A stretch of DNA of 32,000 nucleotides from Opitutales bacterium (GTDB lineage: Bacteria; Verrucomicrobiota; Verrucomicrobiia; Opitutales; UBA2995). Every line of letters starts with the position of its first letter. Position 1 is the first letter of the stretch. Below, piece after piece: positions 1 through 7,346 of this stretch. A model generated the notes under the pieces. The model did no database searches, had not been told where the DNA came from, and was given only the letters and a program-made list of their open reading frames with translations. The position numbers and the translations under genes were made by a program. Location of the stretch: contig CBDBFA010000003.1 of NCBI GenBank assembly GCA_965204545.1, forward strand, positions 2,658,357 to 2,690,356, in the 5' to 3' direction.

Positions 1-1
1 T

Positions 2-982
2 GGGTTGCAGGGCCGCTCGGATACCGGCCTGAGGGAAGCCTTTCCCTGGATCCGGGAGGGGAATCTCGGTTCTATCACCTGTATCCGCTGTCTCGTTTAC
101 GACCATCGCGCCAGTATCGGGAAACTGGATAAGCCGCTCGTACCACCCCCGTCTCTGGATTACAACTTGTGGTTGGGACCGGCCCTGGACGAGCCTATCT
201 ACCGACCCCAACTTCATTACGATTGGCATTGGGACTGGAATACCGGCAACGGGGATACGGGAAACCAGGGCGTACACGAACTTGATCTGGTCAGGTCGGT
301 TTTGGGGGATCCCGGCCATCCGCAACGCATATTCAGTTATGGCGGGCGCTTCGCCTGGGACGATGGGGGAAACACTCCCAATATGCAGAATACCCTCTTC
401 GATTGGGGAAATGGGATTCCCGTTCTCTTTGAATTGCGGGACATGTGGGCGACCCCGGAGTACGAGGCCGCTTCCCATTTCCGCGGGCATCGTTTTGGTA
501 TCGTGGTCGAGTGTGAAGGCGGAGAATTTCGGGGAGGCCGGGGAGGAGGCAGCGTGTACGATCACAACGGGGATCGCATGAAGGCGTTTAAAGGGGATGG
601 CGGATTCGATCATTTTCCCGCATTCATCCGCTCCGTGCGCAGCCGGAAGGAGTCCGATATGGCGTGCTCCTTAAGGGAGGGATACCTTTCCACGAGCCTC
701 TGTCATCAGGCCAATATTTCCATGCGGGTTGGGCAAACCGCCAGCAACGTCGAGGTCGACCACGCTATCGAACATAACCACCGTCTGACGGAATCGCATC
801 ACCGCCTGGTGAAGCACCTGAACGAGTGGGAAGTGGATTTCAGAAAGGAGCCCTGGGTTCTGGGACGGGTACTGGAATTCTCCCACAACCGGGAAACGTT
901 TACCGGATTGGAAAGTGATGCCGCCAACCGCTACCTCAAGCGCCGCTACCGAAAGAAATTCGCCGTTCCCGGGACGGTTTAG
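2..982 (+). CDS. Gfo/Idh/MocA-family oxidoreductase, C-terminal part (5' end upstream of window)
   Basis: The frame is open from the window edge to TAG 980-982. The 'M' at 5 in the ORF track is only an in-window TTG. The motif string LWLGPA...YDWHWDWNTGNGDTGNQGVHELD matches the pattern I recognise from PVC-group Gfo/Idh/MocA dehydrogenases. Recognised from memory, not searched. Confidence 0.7.
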   Translation, partial: GLQGRSDTGLREAFPWIREGNLGSITCIRCLVYDHRASIGKLDKPLVPPPSLDYNLWLGPALDEPIYRPQLHYDWHWDWNTGNGDTGNQGVHELDLVRSVLGDPGHPQRIFSYGGRFAWDDGGNTPNMQNTLFDWGNGIPVLFELRDMWATPEYEAASHFRGHRFGIVVECEGGEFRGGRGGGSVYDHNGDRMKAFKGDGGFDHFPAFIRSVRSRKESDMACSLREGYLSTSLCHQANISMRVGQTASNVEVDHAIEHNHRLTESHHRLVKHLNEWEVDFRKEPWVLGRVLEFSHNRETFTGLESDAANRYLKRRYRKKFAVPGTV

Positions 983-1042
983 TTAATCGTCCCTGAGATA
1001 TTCAATACTGTTCAGTGTGGTTTGATGGTCCCTCTGAATTTC

Positions 1043-1464
1043 CTCTCGCCAAGCCGCCAAGCTGCCAAGTTCGCAAAGAGAAGGCACAAAGGGCTAGAAT
1101 GAACTGCAAAGCAGTTCCACTCCAAAGCCCAGTGTCGCGAAGCGCACACTGGGTAGAATGGGAAACAAATCACGAACCCCAAAGGGGTTCCACAAGAGGC
1201 GCTGGGGGCGCCAGTTTTCAGTGGAGAGTGGAGAGAAATAAATCGTGATCATGATCGTGATCGAATTGTAGGAGCAGCTTTGCGCCTCGGTTCCGCCAGA
1301 AGTTCTCCAAGCAGTCGCGGCATAAAGCCGCTAAGCTCGAATTTGGCTGGAATGAAAACCCACCCTATCATGCCCCTTTGCCAGAATTAATTCCTCATTC
1401 CTAATTGGCGCCTCCGGCGCCTCTTGTGGTTCCCTCTTTGCGATTCTTGGCGGCTTGGCGAGAG
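1043..1464. repeat. Intergenic mosaic A: ORF-less 422-bp element with nested inverted repeat modules between convergent genes
   Basis: Order on the + strand: CTCTCGCCAAGCCGCCAAG box 1043-1080; GGCACAAAGG 1082-1093; three small hairpins 1101-1190; CCACAAGA+GGCGCTgggGGCGCC 1191-1212; GTGGAGAG x2 1221-1235; GATC block 1241-1267; degenerate TGTAGGAGC hairpin pair about 1267-1340. These are followed in reverse orientation by TAGGAAT+GGCGCCtccGGCGCC 1391-1421 and the box 1432-1464. The 19-mers 1043-1061 and 1446-1464 are exact reverse complements. Confidence 0.9.
1101..1132 (+). repeat. 32-bp repeat GAACTGCAAAGCAGTTCCACTCCAAAGCCCAG (copy 1)
   Basis: Exact reverse complement of 27499-27530. Its first 17 nt form the hairpin GAACTGC-AAA-GCAGTTC. 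A sister hairpin GAACCCC-AAA-GGGGTTC lies at 1174-1190, and CCCAGTGT...ACACTGGG lies at 1128-1153. Confidence 0.9.
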
Positions 1465-1478
1465 TTTGCTCTACAGTC

Positions 1479-3548
1479 TCACAGGGTGGGGTTTTCGTAC
1501 CAGATGACGCCGAGGTTGTGTCGCTCCTCGCAGGTAAGGACATCGAGGTCGTTATCCCCGTCGAGGTCGATCAATTCGATGCGGTCGAATTTCACCCCTT
1601 CCTCCCTTCCGCTAATTTCGCGGGCTTCCCAATTCCCCATGGGACCCCTTTTCATCCAGAACACCCCGGTGGCGATTTCGGAGTTTTCACAGGTTACGAC
1701 GAGGTCGGGGACGCCGTCGCCGTCGATGTGGCCGATTGCTACAGCCTTGCCGGTACCGGCTTTCCCGGGCATGGGGATGGATTCCTCCTTCCAACGGGGG
1801 TGTTCCGCCCTTTCCCGGTAGGCTGCTACCAGGTCTCCGTCTCGCGTGGCGGCGATGAAATCATTCCATCCATCGGCATTGAGATCGCCGTAATCCATGA
1901 ACATCACCTCGGCTCCTTTTCCGGCCACATAGCGCTTCTTCCACGGTTGATACAACCTTTCCGGTCCTGGGTTTTCCAGCCACCAAATGCCCGATTCGGG
2001 GCCGTTTCTCTGCGAGAAGGCGATATCCGTAAGCCCATCCCCGTTCAGGTCGAGAGCACGCAAGGACATGACCCAGTCCGCTTGAGTCAGACGGCGCCAT
2101 TTCCAATCGGCCAAAACCTCTCCGTCTTCCGGGGCTTGCAGCCAACCAATTTGCCCTGTTGCGCCTTTTGAGCCGACCACCAGATCCACTCCCCGTTTTT
2201 GGTCAAGCTGAAGGGGCAGGGCAAACATCCACCGGCTTTCACTTTGCAAAGCCGGGAAGGCCCGGGTTATCCAAGGGGAGGCGGTAAGGTTTCCGCTCGG
2301 ACCGGACGGGGAAAAGTGAGCGTAGACGGTGCGTTCCTCTCCCTCGGTTGAGGATACGACATCGAGCTGGCCGTCGTGATTCAGGTCGATAAAGACGGCG
2401 TCCTCCGGAGACTTTACCTGGCCGGCTACGGCGTAAGACCACCGGTCCCGAGCTTTTTCCGGACCCGGGTTGAGGTATACCCGAACCTCGGATCCCTGTT
2501 CCCAGCCGGAGGCGATATCGGGCAGTCCATCCCCGTTGATATCCCCCAGGCGAACCCCATCGGCTCCCCGCGACCCGGCATCGATAGTGTGGCGCGGCCA
2601 GGGCTTGCCCTCGGCCTCACCGGGATAGCCCGTTGCCTTCAAATAATGACGGTAGGTGGAATTGTGATCCAGGGCCTCGCTACTCGTCAGGCTGTAGAGG
2701 TATACGCCGAAGCGCAATCGCAGGCGTTTCCCGGTCCTGATGGATTTCACCTGTTCTTCTCCCCTGCCAAAGTCCTGATCGGAAAAGGGATTGGCTGCGG
2801 TAAATCCGTAATCCCTTGAATGAAAGCGACTGGGCCGGAAATTTCTTGGATCGGGCATGAGCATGGCTCCGGTTCGTTTGCCCTGGATGAGGCCGGAGTA
2901 GTCGCACCAATCGGCCCGCCGGCCCCAGCCTTCGCTTTCGTTGACGTGGCCCCTGCTGTTGAGGATTTGACCGCTTCCTTCCTCCACTCGCAGGGGAGTT
3001 GCCATTCGTATCCCCACTCCCATTTCCTGCTGATCGCCAAAGTGGACGGTTTCAACGGCCAGAAAAGTGGAATCGAATTGAAAGAGGTATCCGTGAGGGA
3101 GGCGAAGGAGGGTGTGCTGGGCCCGCTCGGTACAGAACACACGGTCCTTGTGCCGAAAAATATTTTCCACGGTAAAATCTATGCGGTCGTGGCTCACCTC
3201 GGGTTCTTGCACAAAACCTCCGTGTCGGATTTCGGATTTGTTACGCCAGAAGTCCCCGTCATTGATTTTGCCGAAACCCATCCAGATTCCGGGATGCATG
3301 GTGTCGTGGTCCATGAGGTCGATGCCTTCCCGGGGAGGCCAGTGCCGCGTGACCTGAATTCCGTTGGGCGCCTTGATGTTGGAGAAGTGGGGACGTTTGA
3401 CCTTTTCGTCCCTATAGGCATAGGTGGTTACCAACAGGCTCCCGTCGTAGATCTCAATCCGGCCTTTCCCCGGCTCATGCCGGACCGCGAAATTGGCCGA
3501 GGACCAATTAGCGGCGGCCAGGAGTATAATGAAGATGAGCCGAAACAC
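1479..3548 (-). CDS. Secreted fusion protein: N-terminal PmoA-like (DUF6807) domain + C-terminal FG-GAP/VCBS repeat beta-propeller
   Basis: 689-aa ORF with a GTG start at 3548 and the signal-like N-terminus MFRLIFIILLAAANWSSA. The N-terminal half has KRPHFSNIKAPNG..DLMDHDTMHPGIWMGFGKINDGDFW, typical of the PmoA/DUF6807 family. The C-terminal half has at least 6 FG-GAP-type repeats (GDINGDGLPDI, DLNHDGQLDVV, DLNGDGLTDIAF, GDLNADGWNDFI, HIDGDGVPDLVV, DLDGDNDLDVLT). Confidence 0.75.
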   Translation of the reverse strand: MFRLIFIILLAAANWSSANFAVRHEPGKGRIEIYDGSLLVTTYAYRDEKVKRPHFSNIKAPNGIQVTRHWPPREGIDLMDHDTMHPGIWMGFGKINDGDFWRNKSEIRHGGFVQEPEVSHDRIDFTVENIFRHKDRVFCTERAQHTLLRLPHGYLFQFDSTFLAVETVHFGDQQEMGVGIRMATPLRVEEGSGQILNSRGHVNESEGWGRRADWCDYSGLIQGKRTGAMLMPDPRNFRPSRFHSRDYGFTAANPFSDQDFGRGEEQVKSIRTGKRLRLRFGVYLYSLTSSEALDHNSTYRHYLKATGYPGEAEGKPWPRHTIDAGSRGADGVRLGDINGDGLPDIASGWEQGSEVRVYLNPGPEKARDRWSYAVAGQVKSPEDAVFIDLNHDGQLDVVSSTEGEERTVYAHFSPSGPSGNLTASPWITRAFPALQSESRWMFALPLQLDQKRGVDLVVGSKGATGQIGWLQAPEDGEVLADWKWRRLTQADWVMSLRALDLNGDGLTDIAFSQRNGPESGIWWLENPGPERLYQPWKKRYVAGKGAEVMFMDYGDLNADGWNDFIAATRDGDLVAAYRERAEHPRWKEESIPMPGKAGTGKAVAIGHIDGDGVPDLVVTCENSEIATGVFWMKRGPMGNWEAREISGREEGVKFDRIELIDLDGDNDLDVLTCEERHNLGVIWYENPTL

Positions 3549-3607
3549 GGTTTGAATTTACGGTTTCTAGCCGGGGACAGAAAGTTAATTTTTCGAGCAA
3601 TCAGAAA

Positions 3608-4024
3608 TTAACCACAGAGGACACAGAGAGCACAGAGAGAGGCGCCGGGGGCGCCAATGAGGATTTATAAAGTTGCTGAGATGCTGAGTTGCCGAGTTGC
3701 TGAGATTTCTTGGAATCGTGATCTTGATCAAGATCGTGATCGAAAATTCCCGAGGAATTGTCTCTCGCAAAGATCGCCAAGAAGAAGAGGGAACCACAAA
3801 CCGAGCTTCGCAATGCTACGCAGGTCAAGAAGGTACAAAATGCTCAAAACAAGGAATTAACGGAGGGCGGGTTTTCCAACCCGCCAATTTGTAGGGGCGA
3901 GGCATGCCTCGCCCACATTCCTGCCTTCAACGCCGTTGGCGTTATCATGATCGAGATCACGATGATTTACTTCGTGACCCTTCGTGTCCTTCGTGGATTT
4001 TTCCTTCTTCCTTCTTCCTTTCTT
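3608..4024. repeat. Intergenic mosaic B
   Basis: Modules in order: TTAA+CCACAGAG/GACACAGAG/AGCACAGAG 3608-3640; GGCGCCgggGGCGCC 3641-3655; (AGTTGCTG)x4 3671-3704; GATC block 3714-3748; CTCTCGCAAAGATCGCCAAGAAG 3762-3791; AACGGAGG+hairpin GGCGGG-ttttccaa-CCCGCC+CAATTT 3858-3890; TGTAGGGGCGAGGCATGCCTCGCCCACA 3890-3917; GATC block 3944-3967; TTCGTGNCC x3 3971-3996; TTCCTTC run 4001-4024. Confidence 0.9.
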
Positions 4025-5120
4025 GCCGGGGGATTTCCACCTCGTAGAGTTGGGAATGACCGGTTCGGTTGGAGGTGAATAGCACGCGCTTTCCATCCGG
4101 GGAGATATTGGGGTGGGGATGGGTATGCTGGGGGGCATAGACCTCAACGGGTCCGTCGTCGTAGGGGCAATGATCGGCGTTCCAGTGGTCGCCCGCATTG
4201 GTTGCCTCGGTCAGGCAGAGCGGGACCGGTTTCGACAAACCTTCACCGAGGTGAAACAATAGCAGGCCAAGGTCCGGATTTTTTGTGTCGCTCACCATCC
4301 ATTGGCCGGTTGGATCGACCATGGGGTGCCAGGCGTTGAAAGCGCACACTTTGCGAGCGGCGCCGGTATCGGTATGGATGGCGATTACTCCATGGGGCCA
4401 GTTGGTGGTCATAATCTCCCTGCTTCCCGGTCGCCAGGTTTCGTGCACGATCCATTCTTTTTTTGCCGCGTCCCGTCGGTAGACCAGACGGTTATCGCTT
4501 CCGTCCCGCCGCATGACCCAGATCCGGGAATGATAGGGTCCGGCATAGCGAAGCCAATTGGAATCCTGGGGATGAAATTGGGGATGACCTATGGAATCGC
4601 GTTCGAGAATTATTTGGGAGCGCAAGGTAGCTGTTTCCAGCACTATCATTCTAGCGGTTGTTCCGGTCTTGATGGGGACGGCCCAAAAGCAATCGTCCGG
4701 GCTGAGAGTGGTGGTTCCCATAGCTGCTCCGACCATGCCTTTCTCCCGGATATTCGAGCTTCCGAAGTCGAGTACCTGTTCTTCCTTGAAGGTTTCGGTG
4801 TCCACGCGCCAACCTCCCGGACCGGCGGTAAAGTAGACATGGCGGCCATCCCGGGAGGGGTGGATGGACCATTCGTTGAGGTCCGGTCGGTCGGTCAGTT
4901 GCAGCAGCCGATAGGAATCGGTTGGCAGAAGGTAGAGTTGGGGCGAGCCCGAGCGGTGGCTGACGAGGACGAGGTGTCGCATGTGCCGGTCCCAGGCCGG
5001 GATGTAGTAGAAGGGGTGGTGGTGAATGGACGGGTGGTCGGTCAACTGACGAACCGAGGCCCCCGTAACCGGATCCTGAAACCGACGCATTTCGGATGGA
5101 TACTGCTTCCCTTTGCTCAC
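3957..5120 (-). CDS. Oligogalacturonate-lyase-like (PL22/Ogl-like) beta-propeller protein, cytoplasmic
   Basis: The 507-aa track ORF is over-extended into the upstream gene. I place the start at GTG 5120-5118, which overlaps the upstream TGA (5119-5117) as GTGA. The alternative is ATG 5090. The N-terminus VSKGKQYPSEMRRFQDPVTGASVRQLTD...LYLL...QLTD resembles, from memory, the start of enterobacterial Ogl. TolB/WD40-like repeats follow. The last ~22 codons (PRQERKKEEGKIHEGHEGSRSKSS) are encoded by repeat modules. Confidence 0.6.
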   Translation of the reverse strand: MSKGKQYPSEMRRFQDPVTGASVRQLTDHPSIHHHPFYYIPAWDRHMRHLVLVSHRSGSPQLYLLPTDSYRLLQLTDRPDLNEWSIHPSRDGRHVYFTAGPGGWRVDTETFKEEQVLDFGSSNIREKGMVGAAMGTTTLSPDDCFWAVPIKTGTTARMIVLETATLRSQIILERDSIGHPQFHPQDSNWLRYAGPYHSRIWVMRRDGSDNRLVYRRDAAKKEWIVHETWRPGSREIMTTNWPHGVIAIHTDTGAARKVCAFNAWHPMVDPTGQWMVSDTKNPDLGLLLFHLGEGLSKPVPLCLTEATNAGDHWNADHCPYDDGPVEVYAPQHTHPHPNISPDGKRVLFTSNRTGHSQLYEVEIPRQERKKEEGKIHEGHEGSRSKSS

Positions 5121-6103
5121 TTGCGGGGAAGTTGGAGGATGCGCTCGGCATTGGCGCTGAAAATCTCTTTGGGCAGTCCTCCAGCGGCGGTGAGCGTTTC
5201 TCGAATCCCGGAGAAGGGAAAATCGGTGGCAAACAGGCATTGGGAGGGGCCGAAAAAGGCCAAGCCGGCTTCCATGGCCAAACGGGAACCGAATGTGGCT
5301 GTGTCGGCGTAAAATTTGCCGAAGGCCTGGACCGGCTCGATGGAAAGTTCGGGCCTTGTCTCTCCGGGCCGATCCGGGGAGTGGCGGGGATCCCTTGCAT
5401 CGAATCCATGTTGCAAACGCCCTTCCATCATGGGAATGGCGCCGCCGGCATGGTGGGTGATCACCTTCAGCTCGGGCCATTTATCGAACAGGCCGGCAAA
5501 AACGAGGCGTCCGGCGCAGATACCGGTTTCGTGAGGCCAGCCGAAGGCCCACCAGAGGTCGTATTTGGAAAACTCCTCCCCCGGGTAGTCTCCCGGTGCG
5601 ACTCCCCGGATGGGGTGAAGCCAAACGGGCCGGTCGAGTTGAGCCATGAGCTCGAAGAGGGCCAGAAACTCGGGTCGGTCCAAGGGCAGGCCGTTGACGC
5701 TGGTGTAGAGTTGAACCCCCAAGGCTCCGAGTTGACCGATGGCGTAGCTGGCTTCTTCAAGGGCAGCTTCGGGACAGTTGAGGGGAAGGGATGCGACAAA
5801 ACCCGGAAAATGGTTGGGGTTTTCCGAACTCCACTGCGCCATGGCTTCATTGCCGATTCTGGCCAATTGGGGAGAATTTTCCGCCGTGGTTATCATTTCG
5901 GGTGAGGGGGAGCTGAGGCTCAGTATCTGACGGTAACCGGGGAACTTTTCCATCAGTTCGATTCTCTCCTTCCGGTCGCACATGCCCGTCCTGTCCACGG
6001 CCCGGTCGAACATGGGAAGCGCTCGCTTTTGCACGGCCCGACAGGCCTCGACGTAAGGGGGAGGCAGGCAGTGATTGAAGACGTCGATGCAGGAGTGGGT
6101 CAT
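5117..6103 (-). CDS. Amidohydrolase-2 family (PF04909-like) metal hydrolase, candidate sugar lactonase
   Basis: 328-aa ORF with an ATG at 6103. It starts MTHSCIDVFNHCLPP (H-x-H-like metal site) and has conserved HHAGG and ATDFPF near the C-terminus, as in the ACMSD/LigI/sugar-lactonase group. No signal peptide. Confidence 0.65.
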   Translation of the reverse strand: MTHSCIDVFNHCLPPPYVEACRAVQKRALPMFDRAVDRTGMCDRKERIELMEKFPGYRQILSLSSPSPEMITTAENSPQLARIGNEAMAQWSSENPNHFPGFVASLPLNCPEAALEEASYAIGQLGALGVQLYTSVNGLPLDRPEFLALFELMAQLDRPVWLHPIRGVAPGDYPGEEFSKYDLWWAFGWPHETGICAGRLVFAGLFDKWPELKVITHHAGGAIPMMEGRLQHGFDARDPRHSPDRPGETRPELSIEPVQAFGKFYADTATFGSRLAMEAGLAFFGPSQCLFATDFPFSGIRETLTAAGGLPKEIFSANAERILQLPRK

Positions 6104-6133
6104 GGTAACGCGGCCCGCGGCTGGGGCCCGGAA

Positions 6134-7099
6134 TTACCGGACTACGGGATAATCGATGGCTTTGAGTTGATCCCTGATATCCTGGATGCCGGCAGGGGAG
6201 AGGGGCCGAATCGGTCGCCTGAAATGCGGACTGGGGAAACGCCCCATGAGCCAGCGGGCCACTTTCATTCGTTGGTGCGCGCCGCAGCCCGGTTCTCCGA
6301 AATTATAGATCAGGCGGGCCAGGGGCGCCACCGTTTCGCGGGCTTTGCGGGCTCCTTCCAGGTCGCCATTCAGGGCCGTGTGAACGCAATCGACCATCAG
6401 TTCGGGGGCGAAACCGGCAAAGCCTATAAGGGCCCCATCGGCTCCTTCGAGGAGGGTGGCGAGGAGAAATTCGTCGGCGCAGGTGACTATGGACACGTGG
6501 GGGGCCTCGGCCTTCAGTTGTTCGTAATCGTAGAGCCAACGGGACATGTCCCGGGTGCCCATCTTGATCATGACCACTTCCGGAATCTTCACCATTTCCA
6601 TCATTTCGTCCAAGGTATACCCGGCCTTGGTCCAGGCCGGGTATTGGTGAATAATGATGGGGACCCCCGATCCTTCGGCCACGTCCCTGATGAATCCCAC
6701 CGCCGTTTCGGAACTGCGCCCAAAACGCAACCAATGGTGCGGAGGCATGAGCAGGATGGCCTCGGCCCCGGCATCCCGGGCCGATTTGGCCTGATCGATG
6801 GCTTCGAAGGATCCCTCGGCGGAGACGCCGGTAATGGTTTTTACGGGCCGGTTTTTCACCGCCCCGGCCTTGTCCGCGCTGGTTCGCACCACGGAGGTGA
6901 CGGCGTCTCTCTCATTCGGTCGAAGCGACATGATCTCACCGGTGTGACCGTTGCAGACGACCCCCTCGATGCCATCGACCCCGGCTACTTCCTCGATGTA
7001 GCGGGCCAAGCCTTCCTCGTCGATGGATTCATCCCGGTAAAACGGGCACAGGGTGGCGGGAAAAACCCCTGACCAGGGCTGATCGTTCCAGTTGCTCAT
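6134..7099 (-). CDS. DHDPS/N-acetylneuraminate-lyase family class I aldolase (candidate 2-keto-3-deoxy sugar-acid aldolase/dehydratase)
   Basis: Family motifs are VCNGHTGE, IIIHQYP and VMIKMGTRD (candidate Schiff-base Lys). I prefer ATG 7099 (MSNWNDQPWSGVFPA...). The TTG at 7123 would add MAPLGAPV, which is encoded by the GGCGCC hairpin repeat. Confidence 0.7.
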   Translation of the reverse strand: MSNWNDQPWSGVFPATLCPFYRDESIDEEGLARYIEEVAGVDGIEGVVCNGHTGEIMSLRPNERDAVTSVVRTSADKAGAVKNRPVKTITGVSAEGSFEAIDQAKSARDAGAEAILLMPPHHWLRFGRSSETAVGFIRDVAEGSGVPIIIHQYPAWTKAGYTLDEMMEMVKIPEVVMIKMGTRDMSRWLYDYEQLKAEAPHVSIVTCADEFLLATLLEGADGALIGFAGFAPELMVDCVHTALNGDLEGARKARETVAPLARLIYNFGEPGCGAHQRMKVARWLMGRFPSPHFRRPIRPLSPAGIQDIRDQLKAIDYPVVR

Positions 7100-7105
7100 G
7101 ACGGG

Positions 7106-7322
7106 GGCGCCCAAGGGCGCCAATTAGGAATTAGGAGGAGTGATGGAGTAATGGAGTGTTGGAATGGTGGAATGGTGGAATGGTGGAATGGTGGAATGGT
7201 GGAATGGTGTGATTGGGCTATTGCGGTGCGTCTGAATTCTTCAAGAAAAAATTATGTGCCTTCACGAGAGTCTATTCCTCATTTCTCTCTCCCTCTCTGT
7301 GTCCTCTGTGATCTCTGTGGTT
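7106..7322. repeat. Intergenic mosaic C
   Basis: Modules: GGCGCCcaagGGCGCC 7106-7121; AATTAGGAATTAGGA 7122-7136; GGAGTGATGGAGTAATGGAGTG 7137-7158; (GGAATGGT)x6 7161-7208; reverse CACAGAG array CTCTGTGTCCTCTGTGATCTCTGTGGTT about 7293-7322. Confidence 0.9.
7161..7208. repeat. 8-bp microsatellite (GGAATGGT)x6
   Basis: Six perfect tandem units read directly from the sequence. Confidence 0.95.
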
Positions 7323-7346
7323 TTCTTTCCCCAAATTCCTTTTAAT

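Noticed and set aside
1455-2171. Long ORFs antisense to, or out of frame with, confident genes. Examples: 1455-2171+, 2820-3611+, 4302-5312+, 4651-5409-, 5096-5905+, 6029-7072+, 7254-8159+, 8412-9119+, 11178-12218-, 12201-13103+, 14128-14706-, 18164-18901-, 19861-20406-, 21597-22088-, 28259-28777-.
   Set aside because: These are shadow ORFs typical of GC-rich coding DNA. Their translations are Arg/Pro/Gly-rich and low-complexity with no recognisable motifs, whereas the opposite or other frame carries clear family signatures.
3657-3860. Small ORFs lying entirely in repeat mosaics: 1015-1248, 3585-3828, 3657-3894, 7151-7345, 19070-19369, 19093-19320, 24160-24433, 25626-25817, 25864-26091 and 27418-27618.
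   Set aside because: Their sequences are translations of the repeat words (for example KAQRHKGTKAQRHKGTK, WNGGMVEWWNGGMVEW, FVPLCLCAFVPLCL). They are open in several frames and on both strands, so there is no evidence of coding selection.
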